Positions 28,529 through 36,413 of a DNA stretch of 64,000 nucleotides are shown here, in pieces. The notes beneath the pieces were generated by a model. The model was not told the origin of the DNA. It did no database searches and worked only from the letters and a program-made list of their open reading frames with translations. Source of the stretch: Candidatus Latescibacterota bacterium (GTDB lineage Bacteria; Latescibacterota; UBA2968; UBA8231); the NCBI GenBank assembly GCA_965261395.1, contig OZ253462.1:3232001-3296000 (forward strand). The letters run 5' to 3'. The translations under genes were made by a program, and so were the position numbers. Within the stretch, counting starts at the first letter, position 1; each line of letters starts with the position of its first letter.

Positions 28529-29464
28529 TTAAAAGCGCAGCGTGGCGATGGCTGATAGGCCCCCCTTGGGGTTCGGAACCAGACCGACGGAGATGCGGCG
28601 GTCTTGAGGAGGCTTGCGCCATTTCTCCGACGCAATGAGTGAACCAATAATAGGGGTGACGTATGCCACCAAGAACCCTATCTCGTGGCCGGCCCATATC
28701 AAACCTATTCCTACCGATCCCGGTATAACACCAGCGAGTAGGGTCATGGGCAAAGAATCATAAGGATCAACGGAACTCACACCGAACGGGAATCCGACAC
28801 TACAGCCGATAACTAGGCCAGATAAAAGAAAGCCTAATGTTCTATAAGCGTCAGCGTCAGGGTCGCCATATGGCTCCCATATTTTGTCCTGAACACCCAT
28901 GGCCATGCCTGTAAAAACGATGCCCGAAAAAGTCCCAACGACCGCCTTTTTGCCAATCCGTAGCGCATCTCGGTTGTCCGCTTTCGTATAATACCTCTTT
29001 ACCATCGCCTCCATCTGCTCCGACAGGCTATCGCTACGGGCGGCCACCGGCTCGGCTTGGGCTGGCTGAGCCCGCTTAGTCGTACTCGTACGGGTAGGGT
29101 CTCGATCCGCCGCCGACAAAGGTGCGCCTATCAGGCTCAGCGTCTGAATGCGCTCCAAGGCGATCCACTTCGACCACCCGTCCGGTTCCAAGCCTACGAT
29201 CAACCGCCGCGAATCGACGGCTTTTATGTAGCCCCTTACCGTATCCAACTGGGTCCACGCCGCCGAGATCGGATGTCGTTTCCCCTGCCCATAGACGACC
29301 ACAGCCAAGGCCCCCACATCCACCGTGCTGCTGTCGATCTGGCCGGCAGTCAACACCCGCTCAACTCGCACTGACTCGGGGACGTCGCTCGCCGCCGCGC
29401 CAACCTGGGCATCCGCTGCCAAGAGGCTAGCAAACAGGGTAAGCGCAACGATTACAATGGGCAT
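28529..29464 (-). CDS. Hypothetical secreted/membrane protein
   Basis: Signal peptide from MPIVIVAL (AGAAGGA RBS), Gly-rich hydrophobic helices, beta-hairpin-like end in ...ATLRF. Confidence 0.65.
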   Translation of the reverse strand: MPIVIVALTLFASLLAADAQVGAAASDVPESVRVERVLTAGQIDSSTVDVGALAVVVYGQGKRHPISAAWTQLDTVRGYIKAVDSRRLIVGLEPDGWSKWIALERIQTLSLIGAPLSAADRDPTRTSTTKRAQPAQAEPVAARSDSLSEQMEAMVKRYYTKADNRDALRIGKKAVVGTFSGIVFTGMAMGVQDKIWEPYGDPDADAYRTLGFLLSGLVIGCSVGFPFGVSSVDPYDSLPMTLLAGVIPGSVGIGLIWAGHEIGFLVAYVTPIIGSLIASEKWRKPPQDRRISVGLVPNPKGGLSAIATLRF

Positions 29465-29760
29465 AATGGGTCCTTCTCTCGTGAAATGGTCAAAAGCGGA
29501 GTTGGGCAACCATCTTCGTCTCCTCTAAGTATGGATTACCTAAGATACAACGTTCAAAAGCGCCGCGCGGCGACGGCTGACAGGCGTCCTCTATGATTCG
29601 GCAACCATCGCCGCTAATTATAATGCTCGTCAATATAGAACCCGAAAAGAGGCCATAAGGGCACCGGTCCCTAACTTTTGGGCAATTCGCTTGCCGGCCC
29701 ACCCTGCCGTCTGCACGGCGAATTCTTGACAAGTCCGGCGGAAAAGCGTAACAAACAGCC

Positions 29761-32025
29761 ATGAAAAATCCCCTTCTTTGCGCCGTTCTCATCGCCGCCG
29801 TGAGCGTCCTGCCCGCCGCTGCCGACACCATCGTCGTCGGTGCGAGCGGACTGGGCTGGCGCAGTGGTGGCGGCGAGATCCAAGCCAAGGTCATCCGCAG
29901 TGCCCAAAGCGTTGAGAATACCAACGCGCCCGGCGGCGTTATCGACTTTGCCCCCGCTAATTTTGCGGACTGGATTTTTCCCCAGCGCGCCGATACCACG
30001 CTAAACATCGCCCTCGGGGCCAACACCGAATCGCGCGGCGGTTCGATCATCTCGCCCAACAACCTCAACGTCCGCGGCGAACTGGCCAAGCTCATTGACG
30101 ACGACGGCCAAAGCGGCCTCGATTTGCGCTTGAGTGCCGGGGCCAAAAGCGCCCAGGTTTTGGGGCTGATCATCGACCTGGATTTGGGCGCGCGCTTTGG
30201 CATCGATCGCTTCCGCTTTTTCCCACGCAACGCCGCACCCGAATTCCCCGCGCCGAATTTCCCCTTCCAAAACGACTTCATGCGCAGCTTCGAGATTTTC
30301 ATCAACGACGGTACGCCAGACACCCAACGCGAGGGGGTGCCCATCCGCACGAGCGTGGCGCTGGAGGGCCAGAACGAAGAGGCGGTCGTCGATATCCGCA
30401 TCCCGCCGCAATACGTGCGCTTCGTGCGGCTCAAATCCCTGACGGCGCTGGGTTTTGACCTCGCCGAGTTCCAGGTCTTCGGCACGGGCTTTGTGCCCGA
30501 GGCCGTCTATATCTCCAACATCTTCGACTTTGGCGATCTGGCGCTGTTGGGCCATGTGCGCTGGGTGCAGGAGCAGGTCGGCGACGCGCAGCTTTCGCGG
30601 ATTGCGGTGCGCACGCGCACGGGCATTGATCCCGAGCCGGTGGAATTCAACAAGGTGCGGCCCGGCGAGCAGATCTTCCGCGTTGGTGGGGGCAATGTTG
30701 GGCTGCAGTCGGATGGGGCTGGGGTCAGCAGCGGCACCGGGATCAGCGGCGGCCTAGGCACGAACAAGGTTGGGGTGCCGTGGAAATTCGCCAAAGACAT
30801 CGAAGACGAGGCGCTGCAAGCGCTGGTCGCGGAGATTCTCGACAACGAGGAAGTGGATTTGCGCGACGCCGTGCAGGCGTTTAATGAACTCTCGCAGGAG
30901 GAGCGGGAGCAGGTGGCTTTGAGCGAGGCCGACTACAAAAAACTCTCGCGCGGCGATCGCTCGACGATTCGCAACGACGTGAGCAACTGGAGTGCATGGT
31001 CGCCGCCCTATCCCGTGAGCAGTATCGTCTCCTCGGCGGACTTGGGCACAGAGGGCGCGGGCGGGCCAATCGTCTCGCCAAGCCCGAGGCGCTATTTCCA
31101 ATTTATGATCGAGTTCTTCAGCGACGACTTTGAGGCGTCCACGGGCGTCGGGGGTCTTTCCTTTGATGTGCTGCCATCGCCCTTTGCCGAGGTATTGATC
31201 GCCGAGATCGGCCCCCGCAGCGCGGCTTTGGGCGAGCAGACGGACTTCACCTATGCGGTGCGGAGCAAGTTCCGCCCCGGCCAGGATCGCGGTTTTAATC
31301 GCTTGCGGATCGCTACCCCGCTCCGGGTGGAACAGGTAGGCGCGGTGCAGATAAGGCCGCCTGAAGGCGACGTGCTGGAAGCTGATTTCAGCGGCGCGGT
31401 GCTCGACGCGGTGCCGGTGGTGCGCGGCGACTTTGCGGTCGTAGAGGTGGCCGACGACGCCTTTGCCCTTGAGTTCCCGACCGTGGGCGCGGACGACACG
31501 GAGTTGCGGGTGAGTTTTGCCAATGCAGTACTGCGCTTTGGCACCACGTTTAGCGGCCAAGTGTTTAATACCGCATCCGAGGGCCGGCTAGGGCAGAGCG
31601 TGGTGGCTGGCAATGCGGCCGATTTGGGCGCGGGCGACCCCGACACGCAGGTGCTGGGTACGCCTTTTGAGGGCAATCTGTCGGTGCAAGTGCCCATCTC
31701 CGGTGAACTGCTGATCAACGTACGCGCTCAGCCGCAGGTCTTTACTCCTAATGGGGACGGCGTCAACGACCGGGCCGAGCTGAAGTACGATCTGACCAAT
31801 GTGGGCCGCCCGACGCCGCTGCGGGTTGTGGTTTTCGATCTGGCTGGTCGGCCGGTGCGGCACCTGTACGACGCGCCGGATCAGAGTGGGCGCTTTGTCC
31901 GGCCTTGGGATGGGCGCGACGACGCGGGTCGACTGGTGCCGCCGGGCAATTACGTATTCAGCGTCACGCTGGACGCCAAAACGGGCCAAGCTAGAGAGAT
32001 CGCTGTGGTTGGGGTGGCATACTGA
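29761..32025 (+). CDS. Secreted protein with CHU_C/FlgD-Ig-like C-terminal domain (paralog 1)
   Basis: Signal peptide; C-terminal VFTPNGDGVND...DLAGR.VR...WDGRDDAGRLVPPGNY...VAY. Confidence 0.8.
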   Translation: MKNPLLCAVLIAAVSVLPAAADTIVVGASGLGWRSGGGEIQAKVIRSAQSVENTNAPGGVIDFAPANFADWIFPQRADTTLNIALGANTESRGGSIISPNNLNVRGELAKLIDDDGQSGLDLRLSAGAKSAQVLGLIIDLDLGARFGIDRFRFFPRNAAPEFPAPNFPFQNDFMRSFEIFINDGTPDTQREGVPIRTSVALEGQNEEAVVDIRIPPQYVRFVRLKSLTALGFDLAEFQVFGTGFVPEAVYISNIFDFGDLALLGHVRWVQEQVGDAQLSRIAVRTRTGIDPEPVEFNKVRPGEQIFRVGGGNVGLQSDGAGVSSGTGISGGLGTNKVGVPWKFAKDIEDEALQALVAEILDNEEVDLRDAVQAFNELSQEEREQVALSEADYKKLSRGDRSTIRNDVSNWSAWSPPYPVSSIVSSADLGTEGAGGPIVSPSPRRYFQFMIEFFSDDFEASTGVGGLSFDVLPSPFAEVLIAEIGPRSAALGEQTDFTYAVRSKFRPGQDRGFNRLRIATPLRVEQVGAVQIRPPEGDVLEADFSGAVLDAVPVVRGDFAVVEVADDAFALEFPTVGADDTELRVSFANAVLRFGTTFSGQVFNTASEGRLGQSVVAGNAADLGAGDPDTQVLGTPFEGNLSVQVPISGELLINVRAQPQVFTPNGDGVNDRAELKYDLTNVGRPTPLRVVVFDLAGRPVRHLYDAPDQSGRFVRPWDGRDDAGRLVPPGNYVFSVTLDAKTGQAREIAVVGVAY

Positions 32026-32041
32026 ACGGGAAATGCGTGCT

Positions 32042-34822
32042 ATGAAGAAATACTTCGTCGCCTTGGGGCTGGTGCTGCTAGTAGGCGTCCCAGCCTGGGG
32101 CCAGACCGACGTCCAGCGCGGCGGGGTCGTCAGCTTTGAGCCGACCGGCCCGGGCGTGCTCTTTGGTGCGCTCGATCCAGCGGTCAAAAAGTGGTACGTG
32201 CCGCAGGAGCTTTTCATGGAGTACGGCTGGCGTCAGTGGGAGTATTCCAACTACGCCCGCACCCCGTATGAGCGCTACGTCAACACCACCCGCGAGGGCG
32301 ACTACTTCTACGATGTGTACGGCAATTTCACCACCCGTGGTTGGCTGATCTACGACTGGCGTCAGTTCCAGCCGCAGCCCTTGGGCAGTGGCATCTTTCA
32401 GAGTACGCGCTTCAACCGCTGGTTCAATGCGGTGACCATCAGCGGCGACTCGCAGGGGCAGTACAACTACGCGATCACGGTCGGCGACCGGATTCGCACG
32501 ACGCTGACGCCGATGACCTTTTCCAAGCCAGACTTCAACGGAGTGCAGGTCGATTTTGCCTCGGACAAGTACCAGGCGACGATCCTCGCTTCGCGTATCA
32601 GTGAGCCGATTCGTGGCTCTACCCAGCTTTCGGGTGGGATTACCGAGCCGGTGACGCAGACCAATATTACCTCGTTATTCGGCGGGCGAGCGACCTTTCA
32701 GGTAGGTGATTTCGTCGAGATAGGCGCCCAAGTGGTGAACGCCAGCAACGGCAATACGCTGCTCGACATGTTCAACGGCGACTTGATCGCCGGCAGCCTC
32801 ACCGCTGGGCAGAGCACGGCACCGCTGACGGCGATTGCGGTGATTCTGAGCGATGATTCGCCCGAAGATAACGAAGGGGGCGCGGCGCTGTTCAGCCACG
32901 ATGTGCGGATTACCAGCCGCGACTTCGACACCGGCAGGGAGACGGTTTCTACCTTGCAAGAGGTGGTCCGCCCTGGCTCGCAGTGGCCGGTCATCTTCGG
33001 CGGGTTCCGGCGTCCGGGTTTTTTGGCGGCAGATGGCTCGGAGCGGATCATCGTCAACTACGACTTCAACGACCCGGCCTATGTCGGCCCCGACCCGACG
33101 ACGATCGTTGGGGTGGACTTCAACTACGTGCTGGCCAACGACTTCAAGATCGAGATGTGGTCCGACCGCCAGACGGGCTTGCGCGGCGCGCCACCCCCGC
33201 CGTTGACCGCCGAGGTGCTCGCCGCCGCGCAACCAGCGTTGATTGCGCAGCGGCGGGCCGAGGGCAATGTCGCGGACATCACCAACTTGCAGCGGATCGA
33301 ATTCTCCTACGGCCTGCCGACGGCCAACCTAGTCGGCGGCTTCACCATTGAGGGCACCGGAGTCCTCGGCTTCGACTTCTACGGCGAGTGGGACCACAAC
33401 AAACGCTATTTCCAGTTCCCCAATGCCGCGCTGTTCAACGAGGGCGAAGAGCACGCGATCTCCTCCGAGGGGTCTGACGCTTGGTACTTCAATGTCTCGC
33501 GCAATGTGTTCCCCTACTTTCTCTACGGCGAAGCCTACGCCATTGACGAAGCCTATTCGACCACCGCCTTCTTGGTCAGTGCCACGGGCGATGTGCAATA
33601 CGACAATACCCAGCGGCACTTCTACGAGTTCGTCGATGACAACGACGACCAAGACCGCTTCCCCGACTGGATTCGCTTTGGCTCGACCCACGACCGGGCG
33701 ATCTTTCCCGGCTGGGACCAAAACAACGATTTCATCTCCGACTTCAACCAGAACGACAACGCCACCGCGGCCAATATCATCCCCGATTACGACGAGCCGT
33801 TCCTGCGCTACAACGTCGATCGGCCGGAGTTCCTCTTTGGCATTGATTTGAATAACAACAATTGGATCGACCGCTTTGAAGACGACGATCTGCCCGATTA
33901 CCCCTACAAGCCGGATCGGCGGGGCTACAATTTGTTCGGCGGCATCCATCTAGCGCCGGATATGCGGCTGACCATCGGCCGCACGGACGAGGCGTCCCAA
34001 GCGACCGACGCCTTCAACGAAACCAATTACGCGATGTTCACGCTGGATCGGGACTACGCGAGCTTGGGGCGCTTGCGGGTCTTCAACATGCTCAAGCAGG
34101 CCAAGGACACCATCCCCGACGCCCGACGCGAGCCAACTCCCTTTGTCGGCGCGCCGATCCAGCCGGTGGTGCGCGACATTTTGGTGGCGCAGGACACTTG
34201 GGTCAACACCGCGTACGCGCAGTTCGATTATCAGGGCATCGAGGGCTTGAATGTGGTCAACAAGCTCAAGTGGGAGCGCTTGCGGCAAAACGCGCAAGAC
34301 CCGCGCGACAGCATCGGCCGCCGGCTGGAAGAAGACGCGAGTTTTCTAGGGCTGATCAACAAGGTGGACTACATCTACGGCCTCGGTCGCTTTGACTTGC
34401 AGCCGAGGTGCAAGAGCGAGTTTTTGCGGCAGACGCCCTTCGTTGCCGACGAGGAGCGGCGCGAGGAATGGGCGCTAACTTTGCAGTTGATCGCCCGCCT
34501 GCCGGTCATGCGGCGCACGGTGTTAGAATCCGGCGTGGAGCAGTTGTGGTTCAGCGACCGGGTGCAGGACGAGGACGCGCTGCGAGCGGCGGGGCTTTTG
34601 CAGGAGACAGGGGACTGGCGTTCGACCCATATCGCAGTGCAGCTCTCGACGACTTCCGATTACCAGGGGTACCGGCTGACCACGCAAGCGGGCCTGCGCT
34701 TCGGCCGCATCCTGAGCGAACGGGTGATTGAGGACAGCGACCGGCCGGGCGTCTTCAAAAACGACGACAAGGGCAAGAATGAGACTACGACTTTTATCAC
34801 GGTATTTGCTGGACTGGAGTGA
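32042..34822 (+). CDS. Large exported protein, putative outer-membrane beta-barrel with Asp/Asn-rich Ca-binding-like loops (paralog A)
   Basis: Signal peptide MKKYFVALGLVLLVGVPAWG; DDNDDQD, DQNNDFISD and DLNNNNWID motifs; amphipathic strands ending TFITVFAGLE. Confidence 0.65.
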   Translation: MKKYFVALGLVLLVGVPAWGQTDVQRGGVVSFEPTGPGVLFGALDPAVKKWYVPQELFMEYGWRQWEYSNYARTPYERYVNTTREGDYFYDVYGNFTTRGWLIYDWRQFQPQPLGSGIFQSTRFNRWFNAVTISGDSQGQYNYAITVGDRIRTTLTPMTFSKPDFNGVQVDFASDKYQATILASRISEPIRGSTQLSGGITEPVTQTNITSLFGGRATFQVGDFVEIGAQVVNASNGNTLLDMFNGDLIAGSLTAGQSTAPLTAIAVILSDDSPEDNEGGAALFSHDVRITSRDFDTGRETVSTLQEVVRPGSQWPVIFGGFRRPGFLAADGSERIIVNYDFNDPAYVGPDPTTIVGVDFNYVLANDFKIEMWSDRQTGLRGAPPPPLTAEVLAAAQPALIAQRRAEGNVADITNLQRIEFSYGLPTANLVGGFTIEGTGVLGFDFYGEWDHNKRYFQFPNAALFNEGEEHAISSEGSDAWYFNVSRNVFPYFLYGEAYAIDEAYSTTAFLVSATGDVQYDNTQRHFYEFVDDNDDQDRFPDWIRFGSTHDRAIFPGWDQNNDFISDFNQNDNATAANIIPDYDEPFLRYNVDRPEFLFGIDLNNNNWIDRFEDDDLPDYPYKPDRRGYNLFGGIHLAPDMRLTIGRTDEASQATDAFNETNYAMFTLDRDYASLGRLRVFNMLKQAKDTIPDARREPTPFVGAPIQPVVRDILVAQDTWVNTAYAQFDYQGIEGLNVVNKLKWERLRQNAQDPRDSIGRRLEEDASFLGLINKVDYIYGLGRFDLQPRCKSEFLRQTPFVADEERREEWALTLQLIARLPVMRRTVLESGVEQLWFSDRVQDEDALRAAGLLQETGDWRSTHIAVQLSTTSDYQGYRLTTQAGLRFGRILSERVIEDSDRPGVFKNDDKGKNETTTFITVFAGLE

Positions 34823-36410
34823 GACCGTTTTAGTGGCCTTGGTCTTGGGTGCGGGTTGTGCCCAAGAGCCTGGAGAACAAGTGCTGGCCCAAGTGGATGG
34901 CGAGCCGATTACCGCGTCGGAGTTCAGGGATTTCGACGCGCGGATTCCCGCTGGGATGAAGGAGGGAGGCCAGCGCCAAGTGCTCGAAAGCCTGATCGAC
35001 AAAAAGCTGCTTTTGCGCGAAGCGGACGCCGCCAATATGGCTGAAGACAGTTGGTTCAAAGGCGAACTGGCCCGCTTCAAACGCGCTCGGCTGATGGCGC
35101 TGTACATGGAGCGCGAGGTCGTCGCCAAGATCGAGATCACCCCCGAGGAAATAAATCGTCACTACCGAGAGAGTGGCCGGCACCGCGCCCTGCGCTTGGG
35201 CGGCATTATGGTCGATAGCTTGGTGGAAGCACGCGCAATTACCGACCTGCTCGCTGCGGGGGCCGATTTTCACGAACTGGCTAGCTCGCATTCCGTTCAC
35301 GAGAAGACCGCCGTGCGGGGCGGCGACACCGGCATATACCAGACGCGCGACCAGATGTCGGCGGAGACGGTCGAGCAGGTGCTCGATCTGGCGATAGGAG
35401 GAGTTTCCGCGCCGGTGCACGAAGTCTTCGGCCACGAGGACTTTTACGTGATCTACAAAGTCCTCGACGAGATTCCAGCGCCGCTGAGCGCGTCGGAGCG
35501 GATCATCGTCGAGGAACTGACAGTGCAAAAGCGCGAGGAGCGGTTGCGGGCGCTCAGCGATTCGCTCATGGGAGCCTATGCACCGGTGCCGCGCCCGCCC
35601 GCGATCCAACGGCTCGTCGAGAACGGGGTCATGGCAGACCAAGCCGAAGTTCTCTGCGCGTATCGGGGCGGCGAGCTCACCGTTAGCGATTTCTTGGCGG
35701 CTTACGAGCGTCTCACCAGCAGGAGCTTACAGGCTGCCGACAGCGCGCATGTGGCCACGTTTTTGCATCGCCGGGTGCTGCCCGACTTGTTCGTGAGCGC
35801 TGAGATTGAGGCGGCTGGTTTGGCAGAGGATGAGCGTTTCAAAGAGACTGTGGCGGTTAAGAGCGAGGAGTTGATGCTCAGCGCGCTGCGCCGGCGGGAG
35901 GTTGACCAGTACGTGAGTGTCACCGAAGAAGAAGCGCGCGATTTCTACGATGCGCATCCCGAAAAATTCGCTCGGCCTGAGAACACGACCATCGTCGAGA
36001 TTTTGGTGGCGTCGGATTCGTTGGCTCAGCGCTTGGGGGATGAGTTGCACGCGGGGGGTGATGCCGCAGCGTTGGCTAAGCGCCATACTCGGCGCGAGGG
36101 CAGCTTGCACCACGACGGCCAGATGCAGCTCAATGACTATGTCCAAGGGCTGTTTCCCGTGCTGTCTGCTGCCGTGCAGGATGTCGCTGTCGGCGAGGTG
36201 GGCGGGCCGTTGAAGACCGAGCGGGGCTATTCGGTCTTCAAGGTTCTGGAGCGCACGCGCGAGCAGATCCCGTACAATGCCGAATCCCAGCGCCGCGCCC
36301 GCGCCTACGTGCGGATCGACAAGTCGAAAAGGGATTACGTGCGGTTCGTGCGCAATTTGCGGAATAAGTATCCAGTGGAAATTGTCGAGGGCAGTTTGGA
36401 GAAGCTCTAA
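34779..36410 (+). CDS. PpiC/parvulin-type peptidyl-prolyl isomerase lipoprotein (PrsA/SurA-like, two PPIase domains)
   Basis: LGAGC lipobox, LAQVDGEPIT, GADFHELA..HS...GGDTG, second domain ending GPLKTERGYSVFKV. The start is approximate. Confidence 0.8.
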   Translation: MRLRLLSRYLLDWSETVLVALVLGAGCAQEPGEQVLAQVDGEPITASEFRDFDARIPAGMKEGGQRQVLESLIDKKLLLREADAANMAEDSWFKGELARFKRARLMALYMEREVVAKIEITPEEINRHYRESGRHRALRLGGIMVDSLVEARAITDLLAAGADFHELASSHSVHEKTAVRGGDTGIYQTRDQMSAETVEQVLDLAIGGVSAPVHEVFGHEDFYVIYKVLDEIPAPLSASERIIVEELTVQKREERLRALSDSLMGAYAPVPRPPAIQRLVENGVMADQAEVLCAYRGGELTVSDFLAAYERLTSRSLQAADSAHVATFLHRRVLPDLFVSAEIEAAGLAEDERFKETVAVKSEELMLSALRRREVDQYVSVTEEEARDFYDAHPEKFARPENTTIVEILVASDSLAQRLGDELHAGGDAAALAKRHTRREGSLHHDGQMQLNDYVQGLFPVLSAAVQDVAVGEVGGPLKTERGYSVFKVLERTREQIPYNAESQRRARAYVRIDKSKRDYVRFVRNLRNKYPVEIVEGSLEKL

Positions 36411-36413
36411 ACC

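Noticed and set aside
31799-32041. N-terminal extension of the 1007-aa ORF
   Set aside because: It overlaps the upstream gene, and the signal peptide starts at 32042.
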